NCBI GenBank assembly: GCA_015680685.1
Contig: MNCI01000161.1
Span: forward strand, 12,744 to 76,743
DNA length: 64,000 bases
DNA from: Gnetum montanum
Taxonomy: Eukaryota > Plantae > Gnetophyta
Direction of reading: 5' to 3'
Within the stretch, counting starts at the first letter, position 1. The number at the start of each line of letters is the position of its first letter. Position numbers and translations under genes: made by a program. The notes beneath the pieces are model-generated. The model saw nothing but the letters and a program-made list of their open reading frames with translations, did no database searches and was not told the DNA's origin. Positions 27,450 to 41,349 of this stretch are shown piece by piece.

Positions 27450-28007
27450 TGAGAACCTAGCTTCAATAACCCAAAATTGAAACTAAACCTTTTAAACATG
27501 CATACACATGTGAAACAAGAAAGAAATAACTCTTTATTCTTGATTAGAAATTGATAGAAAAATACAAAATGCTAAAAGAAAATGCCTAGGATAAATAGGT
27601 GCTCAAGATCTAATATAACACACTCACATACAAAATTGCTATGAAGCCTCACAATAATGGATGATGAAATGGATCTCAACATCACTTTCTCCTCACTTCT
27701 CTCCCTCTTATCCAAATGCATGCCTATAAGGTCTATTTATACTTTTTCGTCATGGCCTTATCTCATCTTAACATTCAAAATTAAAATTTTGAGTCAACTG
27801 AAATCTATACAATGATGTCCCATGGTTAGATAAGACATCTTTTGTGATGGGGACATGTCCCAACCAAAAGCAAATAGTTCATAGAGGAGATGCATTGTAG
27901 GTGGTGTAGACATCTTAGGTCTAGAGAAGATGTCTTACATGTGGTATAGATATCTTTCCATAGTTTCAAGATTGTACAAGAGACATCTTACTTGTATGAT
28001 AGACATC

Positions 28008-28513
28008 TATAATATCCCATCTCTTATTAAGGTTAGAAACATATTGTAAAAATGTAATTAACCTTAAAATGAAGGGAAGCCTCATTATGAGAAGTTACAA
28101 CTATTCATGTATCCCAGGAATGGGTTTGACATATGTCATTTAAGGTCAAGTTTGGAGGTCATGCTAGCATAGAGTTGCTGAGCTTGGAAAAAGGAAAGTA
28201 ATAGGAGCCAAGTGAAGTAGGAAAAGAAGGGACGGATTCAATTAGATAGCCTAACTATGGTGGCAGTGCTAGATTGCCTCTAAGGCTTTAGTGGCATGGG
28301 AAGATAACCTAGAGGGCATTATAGTACTCTCTCTTATTAATAAAATTTTTTCATTTTCTTTTCTATTCCAAGTACCATTTATTCATTTACTATTTAATTC
28401 ATTTATCAAGTATTTTATGATGTTTTCATTGTAATGCTTACGAATGTCATGAATGTGAAGAATTAAGCGACAAACAAACATGCTTTTATGACATCTAGGA
28501 ATGAGATGTCACA
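28008..28513 (+). repeat. 5' LTR of the chromovirus
   Basis: TATAAT...GATGTCACA, colinear with 37625-38139. Confidence 0.9.
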
Positions 28514-28515
28514 TT

Positions 28516-28526
28516 TGGTATCAAAG
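28516..28526 (+). other. Primer binding site, tRNA-iMet
   Basis: TGGTATCAAAG, 2 nt after the LTR. Confidence 0.82.
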
Positions 28527-28684
28527 AAAATTAGGAATCAAGAACCAAAGTGGAAAAAAAATATTATTTTATTATTATTATTGTAAAACAAAAGTGCATC
28601 TAAGGAGATTACATGTAAAGGAAAAATAAAAATACAAGAATAGGGAAGATGTGGAATAAAAGGAATAAGAAAACATAATACTGA

Positions 28685-30065
28685 TCATTTGTTTCGATGG
28701 AATGGTTCGAGGAGATCAGAGAATATCTTTAATTTTTCTTCCCATTCTTCATTAGTGGCATCCATTCTACTGAGCAATGCCTTACATCCCACCAACCCAT
28801 CATGTAATTTCTTGATGTATTTAGTGGCACTCCTTGCTACAGCCACTAATTCCTCCTTTCTCTGAAGTTGGGTTTTTAGCATCTCCATTTGAGTCAATTG
28901 ATCATCCATGTCTTTTTTCCATTCCTTCCCTTTCCTCTACATAAAACAAGATTAAAGTTATAAGTTATGAATAAAAAAATTCTAATAGAAATAATAAAAG
29001 GAGAAGAGAAAAGAATAAGAACTACTTACCTAAATTTGATCATTATCAATTTGATGAAACCATTCACTGGATTGTATATGGAAAGATAGGCATGTAGCAC
29101 TCTCCAATTCTTCTAAGAGTTGCTCTAGATCTTTGACAATGTTTAGAGCATCCTCAAGAATTGGATGGAAGGATGATGGAACGCCAACATGTACTAATTC
29201 ATAATCTTTCTTGAAGTCGTATGACTAGGACTCTAGTATGTGGTATACATTCTCACAAATAGAGTAGTAGGGTTTGTTATTAGAAATTCATTGGCCAACA
29301 TGTCAAAGTAGCACAAGTTCTTCTTTGGCAATCATAACTATGTGTTCCATCAAATAATGAAAACCTAAGATAGAGAAAGAAGAAATTACTAGAACAGATA
29401 CAGAAGCTAGTGTGGGCATCACCTATGGAAAGGAATCTAGTGTTACTAGAATCAAAGGCATGCATGGTGATCTAGATTGAGGAATGGGATATGAAGAAAT
29501 AGGAGTTTTTTCAAAACTAGCATCTACATCATCTCTCTCCATTTCTCAGATAAAGTACCTCTGATGCAAAGACATCTGTGAAACAAATAGGATCAATATC
29601 ATACAAGAAGAGTAAAAGGAAAGTATGCAAACCTTAAAATAATTGAAACTTACGTCTAGTTCTTTTTTACTTATCCTATCTTGTACTTTTTTGTTGAGCT
29701 TGTTTTTGGGGTTTTTTGTCTTATAACTATTGGGCTAGAAAAACCTTGTCTAGTATATTGCCTTTGTAAAATGAATTTATTAGAAAAGTAAGTAAAACAA
29801 TAAACTAGGATATTATATATATATATATACACCTTGGAGTTGGCAAGTGTGACTTATTGTTGTGGTAGAACCCTACCAAAGGTTGAAGCACCTTGAACAT
29901 CCTCAACCTATGTAACTCAACCCTAAGCACTTTGAATTAGTTCATTCTATAGCCTAGAATACATTGTCAAATACATAAAAAGGTGTAAGTAACAATAAGA
30001 ATTATATATACACACACACACCTCACTGCTTCCCTCTTGATTTTTGGCTTGCTGCAAAACCATCG
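28685..30065 (-). pseudogene. Antisense multi-exon gene of unknown function in the chromovirus 5' leader (coiled-coil C-terminus)
   Basis: Series of minus-strand GT-AG introns: donors at 30021, 29832, about 29653 and about 29029; acceptors at 29947, about 29762, about 29576 and about 28937. The first two exons join in frame (MVLQQAKNQEGSSE|NELIQSA...). The last exon is a heptad-rich ORF (28685-28909). Confidence 0.65.
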
Positions 30066-32939
30066 GACATTTCTTGCCATCCTTGATCTTACTCTTTATA
30101 ATTCTATCCTCTTCAAGAAACTTAGGACATAAACTAAGATTATAATGACTAAAAAGTTTGTTGGTAGGGTTGCAAATTAGGATTAAAGACATGATAAGGG
30201 TACACAATGTATGATATAAGGATTTTAGGGATTTTTTTGGTAGTAGTAGTGTCATTCATGGCATTGTACAAGGAAGAAAAATGAGATAAGGACCAATCAT
30301 AAACTCTATCATTTTTAGTGCCATGAAGTATATATATGAAACAGGCACTAATAGAGGCCTGGTATTGATGCCATAAGACTTTTCTATGAATGAATTGACA
30401 TAATTGAAAGTGAATTTCTTAAATAAAATCACCATGAAAAAATTGACTTTTATGGATAGAAAAATCAAAAACATAATCGGATAATTCATTTTGGCAAAAT
30501 AATTTAAAATTATGAGAGAAAACAAAGGGAATTAAAGGATCCTCCCTATACTAAAAACCAAAAACTATTCATATTTTAGCAAGGCTAATTGTTAGTGCTT
30601 CAAAAACTAATTATGAAAAAAAAACTTCCATTTTTATTTTATTGATTACATCATTCAACTATTAAGCTTTTGCAATATGTTGCCTTGAAAACATGGAAGA
30701 TAAGTAATTCAAACAATTGTGAAGTTGTAAGATATTAAAACTCTTCCTTTTCAAGTAAATTATGCACATAATTTGAAGCTATAACTACATTATTTTGTTG
30801 CAAAAGCATGGACACAAAGCTACCTGAAGGAGTTTGAGCTTGAGATGGGGCTAGATAAGAAGCTTGAATAGGATGCTTTGGGGTCATGATTTGATGGTTA
30901 AAATCCTTTGCATTACTAGTAGAAATTTTCAATCTTCTCCATTGATGAAATCCTCCAATATTTTGCCAATATTGTGCTATGATGGGCAAAGACTTATTCC
31001 ATGTATTTATAAAAGAACAACAAGAATCTTAGTAAGAGTAAAGAGGAAGTATCAACTTAAGTTAATTAATAATTAAATAAATATAATATCCATTTTTTGT
31101 AATTTTATAATTACTAGGTCCACCAAAATAGCATTATCTTTGGCTCAATGCATAGTGCTCTTCAAGATGATTTCAACGGTATCAATTTTATCAAAATCTA
31201 ACTTACAAATTAGGAGATATGACATTTCTACATGTAGTTTAAAACTAAAAAGATGTTTTTTTAAAAAATTAAATTAAATTTATAAAAAAGTAAGAGGTTT
31301 TGGGTTGAAACCTAAGCCCCAATTATTTGTTTTAATTAAAAAAATATAATAATAATAAAATTATCTTAAGAAAAGGAACATTTTCTCCTAATCGTATATG
31401 GTTAGGGCCTACAAATGTTCAAGTGCTAGGGTGACCATATCTACTAGCAACAGCACTAGCCCTACTAGTGGTGGCCCAAGGCTAGCCACTAGTCACTAGT
31501 CACCAATTACTAGCCACTAGCCATCCCTCACCAGCCACCAATTGCCAGTCGCCAATTACTTGTTGCCACTTATTGATTACTGCCATGCTGCATTGTCATC
31601 ACACCATGCCCTGTTACCCTAGTGTCATGCTTTGCTACCACCTATTGCCTCCAAACTTACCACTGTTGCTACCTATTTCATTATTCATTGGCCTCCATTG
31701 CTATCTATCTCACTACTACCTCTACCATGTTTCTGTAGTTGCATTGTCCCCCCTACACCATGGATTACAAGCATCCTTGGTGCTTTAACAATGCCATTGA
31801 TTATAGGCACTTGTGGTGCTCTAATAGAGCTACTAATTATAGGCATGCCTGGTGCTACAAATTACAAGCACCCCTCAGTCCCATAGATTACAAGCATTCG
31901 TAGCATCATGGATTACAGGCATCCTCTGTTGCACTCTAGTGTTGTTGATAATGACTATTTTTCTATGCCAGAACCCCAAAAATTATGCACAGCACTACCT
32001 CCTTGGTGGGCTACATTGGCCCTTCTGAGGGCCACATAGACCCTTGTGCAGGTCACACAAGTGCCACTTGGGCTGTGCCATCCCAACATTAGCTGCATGA
32101 ACCCCATTTTGGGCCACAAATGCCTTGAAAAGGATCATGTGAGACCTATGACGGGCTATGTAGGCCCTATAAAGGGCCATGTAGGTCCTAAGGAGGGTTG
32201 CACGAGCCCTAGAAAGGAGCAGTGTTGGCTTGAGCTACACCAACTAGCACAATCCCCTTCCCTACTAACTTCATGCCATCGTTGTTGACATGCACTTTTG
32301 TCAGCCACTACCTTCGTGCATCTCCTTGCCTTGCCTACTGATGCCCTCATGCACATTTCCTACCTCATTGTTGTCCCTATCAAGAAGCTACCCCTACCTT
32401 TGGTGATCGATGAATTTTTTCATCAATCAATAGGAAATTTAAAATTTTTTAACAATTGATAGAAATTTTAAAATTTTTGTCAACTGATGGGAAATTCAAA
32501 ATTTCCATCATTGACATGTTGGTTTAAATCATAAGTGCACAAAATAATTTTTAAAATTTGATTTTGATGATTTGGTAATAACAAGAATAAAAATTCTATA
32601 ATTAAGCATGCTAGACCTATAGTAGAACTAGGATGGGTGACGTCTTGGGGAGTCTCAAAAATCGCATAAGGTTTTACAAACTTAAAAAGGCCACAACTTT
32701 TGAATTTGAAGTCCATTTTTAACCAAACAAAAACTAAGTCACATAGAATTGGACCTTCTAGAGCAAATAGAATAGTCAATTTTAGCTTCTAGGTGATAGA
32801 AAATTAACTTTTAATACATTATTTAAGGTCCCAAAATAATTAGGATTCGATGATCAGGAAGAATTCCATGATAACTTCAACTTTGTCTACAACCAATTAA
32901 CTATTTTCATAACCATAAAAAGGGCCATAGAGGCCAAGG

Positions 32940-34100
32940 GTTGCTAACATGTCTAATTTCTTTAACCTATCAATGTTCAAAACCCAAAGAGTACATTAGA
33001 GAGTAGTGGAGATCCAAGTCAATGACTAGATAAATATCTTTAAGGTTCAAATTAATGAGATTAGGGGTGTTCAATAAGAGTTTTGTTAATAAAATCAAGG
33101 TTTTGGAATAGAGATGTAGAATATGTCTAAAGAAATTAGGAAATTATTTGAAAGTTCAAACGATAAATGGTTAGATGTGCAAGGAAAGATGGATTCCTTT
33201 GCAGGCTCCATTAAGCAATTAACTAATCATCTCACTCAACCTTCAAATCCTAGCCACATTTCACCTAGAGATAAAATATCTCTTAGGGATCCACCTCGAA
33301 ACCAACCCCCACCTATTGGTCACCAAGATACTGATATCACTCCTTTAGGTCAAAGAGTAGAAACCAAAACTAAAGGATACAAGAATTGGCATAATATACC
33401 TAGAGAATCACTAACACAAGTTCATGTCAAGAGGGTAAAATTAGATCATTATGATGGAGCCCCTAAATCTAGTGCCAAGGCAAAAGACTAGCTTGATAAA
33501 ATGAAAAATTACTTTGATATGCTAAATTTGTTAATTCAAGAACATTTAGAAGTCATCTCCCTATATTTAAGAGGGCTTATGGCAACATGGTGGAATGGAC
33601 TGAGATCTTAAGGTTTGATTACAAATTGGTTTAACTTTTATCAAGAGTTTGAATAGAAATTTGTACCCAATTCTTTTCTCAAAGAGCACAAAATGAGATT
33701 GGAATTCTTAAGATTGGGAATATGATCTATAGAAGATTACTACAAGGAATTTTGTTATCTCTCTTGATATGTAAGCCACTTGGATGAGGGAGAATTAGCT
33801 TCAAAGCTCAATGGTGGATTACATGCACAACTACATCCTTAGACATGAGCACATAATCCTCAAGAAATTGATGAAGCCTATAGAATTAATAAGGATTATG
33901 AATAATTGAATTAGATACAAGCTATCCTTTAAAGAGCAATGGTAGAAGAAACACCAACCAAAAGAGCTCGACTGGAGATAGGATGTTTTTTTTTGTGGTG
34001 AAGATTATTTCAAATGAGATTGTGCAAATTATGAGCAAAGGTACAAAGGACCAATCAAATCAATAATCAAAAACCAAACCCAAACATGAACAAAGGAAAA
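32940..34100 (+). pseudogene. gag: Chromovirus gag, disrupted
   Basis: KLDHYDG...A.D*LDKMKNYF, YLRG...TWW, and a degenerate CCHC knuckle GCFFCGE...DC. Confidence 0.82.
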
Positions 34101-34149
34101 ATCCAAACCACCATCATAGTCATGAAGAAGATATTTACATCAACTAAAT

Positions 34150-37100
34150 CAAGTTTATGTAAATTTTAATTTACTTTACTGATTTTTGAAGGTTCAATTA
34201 AAGGTAAATAAATTAAATTTTTGATTGATAGTGGTGCCATTGATAACTTTATTTCTTCAAAGTTAATTAATTTATTGAAATTAAGTTTACCTTTCAAAAA
34301 AATTATTAAGATATAACTTGCAGATGGAACGATAATGACTAAGCATACCAAGTACAAAGAAATAAAATTTACTTTGTAAGACATGTCTTTCGTTGATGAA
34401 TTCTTTGAATTTAAACTAGGTGATGTCGATGCAATTTTAGGAATATTTTCCTTGCAAAAATTTGATATTACTACCCACTTTGGAACTTGTATTTTAAAAT
34501 TTCCAACCACTAATGGAGTCAAGGTACTAAGTGGGGTAGGAATAGCAAAATAAATTCTTACAATACCCATCAAGCAAGCCAAAAGATTAGTCATAAAGGG
34601 TGCTATCATGTTGATTGTCAAAGTAACTCAACCTTAGAAATCTTCATATATTGAGATTCCAAAAGAACTTGAGGAATATAAAAATTTAGTATTTGGTAAA
34701 ACTAGAGAACTGCATTGAAAAGGAATTGTTAATCATGCTATTGATATTTTTCCTAGTACACAACCTATTTCAAAAGCCCTATATAGATTTTCCACTTCTG
34801 AATTAAGAAAATTAAAAGTAGAATTAGATTAATTATTGGAATAAGGAAAAATTTGACCTATCATATCACCTTGGAATGCACTATTCTTATTCATTAAAAA
34901 GAAATATGTTACATTAAGATTATACATTGATTATAGGGCATTGAATAAAGTGATGATCAAAAATACTTATCCTTAACCTAGAATCAATGATTTTTTTGAC
35001 CAACTTACAAGGGAATGTTATTTTTCAAAGATTGATTTAAAATTAGGTTATCACCAAATAAGGATTAAAGTGAAAGATATTGAGAAAAATACTTTTAGAA
35101 CTAGGTATGAATTATACAAATATGTTGTCATGCCATTTGGATTAACTAATGCACCTGCAACATTCATGGCATCAACAAATAATATTTTTCATGAATATCT
35201 TGATCACTTTGTTATAATATTTATGGATGGTGTGCTTGTTTATTCTAGGTCAAGAGAAGAACATGTCAAACATTTAAAAATTACAATGGAAATTCTTAAA
35301 GAGCATTAGTTGAATGCTAAATTAAGTAAATGTGAACTCTTTATAGAAGAAGTCTCTTATTTGGGTCATATAGTTTCTAAGAATGCATTACAAGTAGATT
35401 TAGCAAAGGTTAGTGTAATTTGAGACTAGCCTGAACTAAAAGATGCTACAACGGTTTGTAGTTTTTTGGGCTTAGCAAGTTTTTACTAATGTTTCGTTAG
35501 AGATTAGTCTACTTTAGTATCCCCTTTGATTGACCTTTTGTAGGGAAAACGTCTGTTCAAGTTTGATGAAAAATGTAGGAAAGCTTTCCTTAGATTAAAG
35601 ATGCTACTCACAACAACACCTATTTTGAGAATTCTGAATGAAGAATTACCATTTAAAGTACCCATGGATGCCTATGGAATAGAAATCAGTGTAGTGCTTT
35701 CACAAGAAGATAAAGTAGTATGTTATGAATCTCGTAAATTATGAGGAGCTAAGGTAAATTATTCAACCCATGATTTAGAATTACTAGCAATTGTTCATGC
35801 TCTGAAAGTTTGGAGACATTATCTTTATGGAAAAAGGTTTGTACTAAAAATATATCATAAAAGTTTAGAATATTTTCAGAGACAATGTATTTTGAATACT
35901 CATCAATAACGATGGGTAGAACTATTGGATGAATATAATTTTGAAATCAAATATATTCCTAATAAACAAAATGTGGTAGCTAATGCTCTTAGTGAAATGT
36001 GAAACTTATGATAGGTGTGGTAATGAACCCTATGGAATAAGAAATTAAGGATCAAATAAAATAATATCCTTATTTCAAGAAGATTTTAACCAAAATTTCC
36101 TCTAATCTTTGATATCAATTTGCTTCTAGGACAAAGAGTGTGCATTCCAGAAGGAAATTGGAGACTAAGGTTGTTGTGTGAAGCACATGAAGTATCATAT
36201 GTAGGACACCTTAGTTATATTAAGACTTATATGTTGTTATGTAAATCTTATTTCTAGCCTAAAATGAAGAATGATGTGTCCTCATACGTTAAAAATTTCA
36301 CAACATGCCAATGAATAAAATTTGAACAAAAGAAACCTAGTGGATTATTACAACCTCTAGAAGTCCCAATCTAGAAATGGGAAGATGTTACCATGGATTT
36401 CATTATGGGATTGCTAATAACCAAAAAGGGAAAAGACTCAATTTTGGTAGTGGTTGACCATCTATCAAACATGGTGCATTTTATAGCTTTGAAATCTATA
36501 AACATAGCTAAAGAAGTAGTCCAAAAATTCATACAAGAAGTATTTTGATTGCATGATTGTTCAAAATATATCACCTTGGACTAAGATCCCAAGTTCATAT
36601 ATGAATTTTGACATACTTTCTTTAATGAGCTTGGAACCCAATTAAAATTTAGCATAGCTTACCATCTATAGATTGATGGGCAAACTAAATGTGTGAATAG
36701 AATATTAGAAGATATTCTACAAAGATATGTTGAAAGTAGATTGAAAATGTGGAAAAATTACTTATACTTGGTAGAATTTTCCTATAGAAATAATTATCAA
36801 GGTTTCATATATTGAACATCATTCAAAGTAGTATATGGATGTAACTATCGTACACCACTAACTTAGGCAAATCCAACCTTAAGAATGGAATGGAAGGAAG
36901 AAGAAATAAAAATAATGGAAAATATTGTCACAAGAGTTAAACAAAATTTACAAGCTACCCAAGATAAATATAAGTGATATGCATATCAACATCGGCTTAA
37001 GAAAGAATTCCAAGTGGAAGTCCAAGTACTGCTAAGAGTAAAACCTACCAAAAGCTCTCTTAAACTTGGAAAATATTCTAAATTGGAACCTAGATATTAT

Positions 37101-37430
37101 GGACCCTTTGAAATTTATAAAAGAATTTATGAAGTGGCATATTAGTAAAATATTTCAGTAACCTTAAGAATTCTCCCAATTTTCCATGTAATTTTGCTAA
37201 AGAAATTTCATGCAAATGATGTGCCATATGTGCTAGATTGGAATACTTTGCCCTTGCGATCCAACACCAGCTTTGAATCTAAACCCATTACAATTAAGAA
37301 TCATCAAACTAAGAAGCTATGAAATAAAACTATCAGCAATGTACTTGTTCAATGATCAAGTTGTGATCAACATATTTGGGAAAATAAGGAGTTTATTCTT
37401 AATACTTATCCCAACTTTTTGATCATCATG
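34150..37430 (+). pseudogene. pol: Chromovirus pol (PR-RT-RH-INT-chromodomain), disrupted
   Basis: LIDSGA protease; [15 protein letters not shown] and VMPFGLTNAPATF RT; HDLELLAIVHALKVWRHYL RNase H; GLLQPL..WEDVTMDFI and YHL*IDGQT integrase; PRYYGPF; VLVQ*...WENK chromodomain. Confidence 0.92.
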
Positions 37431-37611
37431 ATATTAAATGATAAATTTTATTTATTAATGATGTAATAAATTATGTTTTATAATTTCTAGTCTTTTATTT
37501 CTGTAGATGGTAATGAGAATAATAAAGAAGCTAAAGCTAAGGAGCATAATGAAGAAGCAACAACTAAACAACTGGATATAGAGGACGCACTCAAAGATGA
37601 CCTAGATGCTT

Positions 37612-37623
37612 AAGGAGGGTAGA
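37612..37623 (+). other. Polypurine tract
   Basis: AAGGAGGGTAGA before the 3' LTR TG. Confidence 0.75.
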
Positions 37624-37624
37624 T

Positions 37625-38139
37625 TGTAATGTCTCATCCCTTGTTAAGGATAGAAACATATTGTAAAAATGTAATTAACCTTCAAATAAATGGGTACCTC
37701 ATTATGAGGAGTTACAACTATTCATGTATCCCTTAGGAATGGGTTTGGCCTATGCCATTTAAGGTTAGGTTTGGAGGTCGTGCCAGCATGGAGTTGTGAA
37801 GCCTAGAAAAAGGCAAGTAATAGGTGCCAAGTGAAGCAGGACAAGAAGAGACTGATTACCCCTTTGTTTGGATATCCTAACCATCATGGTAGTGTTGGAT
37901 TACCTCTAAGGCTTAAGTGACATGAGAAGATAACCTAGAGGGCATTACAGTACTCTCTCTTATTAATAATATTTTTTCTTTTTCTTTTCTATTTTGAGTA
38001 CTAGTTATTCATATACTGATTAATTCATTTATCAAGTATTTTATGATGTTTCTATAATAATGCTCATGAATACTTTAAATGTGAAGAATTAAGCGACAAA
38101 CGAACATGTTTTTACAACATTCGAGAAGAGGATGTTACA
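37625..38139 (+). repeat. 3' LTR of the chromovirus
   Basis: TGTAAT...GATGTTACA, followed by the TSD copy ACTTC. Confidence 0.9.
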
Positions 38140-38899
38140 ACTTCTATACTCTAGACAAGGTAACTTATCTTGGAAGGATATCCCTATTCTAGAAAGGCCA
38201 AAACTAAGGATGCTCATTTTAAGATTTGGAATATATGAACACCTTTAAAAAATTTCCCATTAATCCAAAAATTCTCTAAACTAATTAAAATATGCTCAAA
38301 ACATCTCAAAACATGACAAAACATCAAGAAAAAACATAAAGAAATATAAACAAATACAAAACACTCATAAACAACAAGAAACACATAAAATGTTCCACTA
38401 AGAATGACACGTGGGTTGGGTGATTTCCTCACCATTTTTTCTATCTTAAAGATTGAAATATTTTTTAAAGTTGATTGTACACTTGGCATAGTGTTAATCC
38501 CCCACAAAGCTAAATATTTCCCATGAGCCCAAATTGCATTTTTAGGTTCTTCATCATTCTAATGCATCAAGTACTCATGCGTCTTTCAACTCCTTATACT
38601 TTTAGCTTCTCTTGATTACAACATAAATGCTTTCCTTCATAGCTTGAATGAGTTTTAATCTTCAAGTTCATCTTTAAGGATCTGAAGACTATTCTCTAAG
38701 TCATATGTAAACACTTTGAATAATGAGGTGTTAGCCTAGTAGTAAGACACTTAATTTGGAAGCTTTAGATAATGGATTCAATTCTAGTGTCCAATGCTAA
38801 GTTATATAAAGTTCTAATTAGACTATATATCTTAGAGTGTATCTATGTTTTTCTTATTTTGGATTCCAACACCATATGTAAGCACTTTTTCATGGAAAT

Positions 38900-41270
38900 G
38901 ACTCAAGTTTGAAATATTCAAGACATAAGAAAATGAAAAATGATTAGAAAAATCAAACTCATAAGAATTATTATTCATTTGTTTATAATTTGAAATGGAT
39001 CAAACTTCTTGAACTTAATCTTGGAGAAGTTTACATTATTCATTCTTTCCTTGCCAAAATGGAGCCATACATAATCACCAACATTAAATATCACCTTCTT
39101 CTTTTTCAAGTTCTTGGTAGTAGCAACTTCTTTTTCCTGGCCTTCAAGTTTTTTCTTTAACTACTTATGCAAGTCTTACATGCATTTTACAAAATCTATA
39201 CTAACATAAGCACAATCATCAAATTTTCATAAATCATCTATCATCCTAGGATCATAACCATAGTTCACCTCAAATGGACCTTTTCCAATCATAGAATGAT
39301 AATAATTGTTATAAATAAAATTAGCATGTTAAAATATGTTTTTCTATCTATTAGTCTAATCCTCATAGACACTTCAAAATTTTGAGTAATTATTTATTTA
39401 CAACTTTAGTTTGGCCATTAATTTGTGGATGATATGCACTAGAAAAGGATAATTTTGTATCAAAAAATTTTCACAATGGTCTTCAAAAATGACTTGTAAA
39501 TTTAACATCTCTATCACTTACAATATTCAATGAGGGACCATGTAATCTTATAACATTTTGGAAATACAATTATGCAACATGAGATGCATCATTACTTCTA
39601 TTACAAGGAATAAAATGAACCATTTTAGTGAATCTATCAACAACAACAAAAATAGAATCATGATCAACTTATGTCTTGTGAATTCAAAAAATAAAATAGA
39701 TAAAAACACTTTTCCATGGAGCATTGGGAATTGGCAAAGATAAATAATATTCAAAAATACCCTTACCTACATTGAAGTTTTAGCAAAAAAGACACTCTTT
39801 AACAAATTTATTTATCTCATATCTCTTACCTAATCAATAATACCTCTACTTCAAAAGCTTGTCTATATTTTTCTTACCCATGTATCTAACCATATTGTAA
39901 TTATGCTTTTCATTGAAAATTATTAACTTGAAATCACACTTTGGCATCTGAAGATAACGCCCTCTTGTACATGATATTTCCTCCACCTATTCACTCTACC
40001 ATGCAATGGAGAATTAAGGTCTTTCCAAAAGTCTCCAAAATTAGCATCATGAAAGTACAAATAAGTCAAGGACTCAAGTCCTTCTACTTGAGCACATGAA
40101 TAACTCATAATATAGATTCTTGAAAGAGCATCTACCATATTACTTTTTTTATTTCTATGTTTTAGCATAAAGAGAAATTCTTGAAGATGCTTCAACCATT
40201 TCATATGATTAGAACTCAACTTCTTTTATAAATTCAAGAATTGAAATTACATGTGATCATTCAATAACAAAAATTTACTTTCCAACAAGTAATGTCTCTA
40301 ATATTTTAAGACCTAAATTGTAGTGTACAAATATTTTCCTAGAAACAATACATTTGAATTGATTCATTCAATTTTTTAAAGAAAAATGTAATGGTATTAC
40401 CTTTTTGGGATATCACTTAAAATACAAGTCACTTGCATCCATCTCCACTTCAAAAATATGAGAAAAATATGGAATATCCAATACTAAAACAATGTGAATT
40501 TTTTCTTTCAAGGCTTTAATTGACTTTTCCTTTTCTTCGTCTCATACAAATTCTAAATTCTTGTTCAAACAAGAAAGCATCGAACATGTAATAGAACTAA
40601 AATTTATAATAAATATTTGAGAAAACCTTTCCAAACTATGAAAATATATTACCTCTTACACATCTTTATGTCAAGGTCAATCATTGCTTACCTTCATCTT
40701 ACTTGGATCCATGTTGACTCGGGTTTTGGAAACAACATGACCTAAGTAGAGAATTTCCTTCTTCATAAAACAACATTACTAGACATTGATTACCAATTTG
40801 ACCTCATGTAACTTCAATTGTATCAATCTCAAGTGTCTCACATATTCCTTCTTATTGGAACTACTAACAAGAATATCATCAAAGAAAATAATGCAACATT
40901 TTCCAATAAGATCCATCAAAATTTCATGCATAAGCATCATGAATGTTTCTAGAACATTAGTTAGTCCAAAAGGAATGACTAACCATTCATAAAAGTCATC
41001 TAATGTCTCAAAGGTTAATTTTAATTCATCTCATGATTTAATACAAAGTTAATGATAGTTGCTTTTTAAGTTAATCTTGAAGAAAATTTCAACATTAGTA
41101 AGTATGGAAAAAATGTCATCTATTCTAGGGATTAAAAACCTATACTTGATAACAACCCTATTGACAACTCTAGAATCTATGTACATTTCAATCTTATCCA
41201 TATCTTTCTTGAACTTAAATTTAATTTGATATTTAGACACCAATTTCAACATCAGTGTTTCAAGTAGCAC
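38900..41270 (-). pseudogene. pol: CRM-like gypsy pol (RT-RH-INT), heavily disrupted
   Basis: YRFLIPRIDD and FYEWLVIPFGLTN RT; KWLKHLQEFLF.LKH...VDALSR RNase H end; SAYHPQ.NGQT integrase; VGDYVWLH.GKER GPY/F region. Confidence 0.82.
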
Positions 41271-41349
41271 CTATAAAGTGAATTCCATTAATATAAAATA
41301 AGCATCCTAGTTATACCAAACTTGTTTACCACATTCTATTGAAAAAAGT

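Larger units (their letters stand above)
28008..38139 (+). mobile_element. Full-length chromovirus (Tekay-like) Ty3/gypsy LTR retrotransposon, decayed
   Basis: LTRs of about 510 bp, PBS-Met, PPT, TSD ACATC/ACTTC, and gag-PR-RT-RH-INT-chromodomain order. Confidence 0.92.
27450..41270 (-). mobile_element. CRM-like Ty3/gypsy element, 5'-truncated; its 3' LTR (27450-28007 plus about 38145-38431) is split by the chromovirus insertion
   Basis: TG terminus at 27450 abuts RTE coding sequence. TATA box on the minus strand at about 27735. Candidate CA terminus at 38431. Pol remnants lie upstream on the minus strand. Confidence 0.68.

Noticed and set aside
27455-27475. PBS-like sequence on the minus strand
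   Set aside because: Poor match to tRNA-Met and it lies inside the inferred LTR end; the adjacent sequence is RTE coding, not gag.
31440-32400. ORFs in the GC-richer segment of the chromovirus leader
   Set aside because: Low-complexity CCACTAG/GGCC-type repeats produce short ORFs on both strands with no domain signal.
34166-34621. 151-aa minus-strand ORF
   Set aside because: Antisense shadow of the chromovirus protease region.
38725-38800. tRNA-like sequence (TAGCCTAGTAG ... GGATTCAATTC)
   Set aside because: Only degenerate A/B-box resemblance and no convincing cloverleaf. At most a decayed SINE head.
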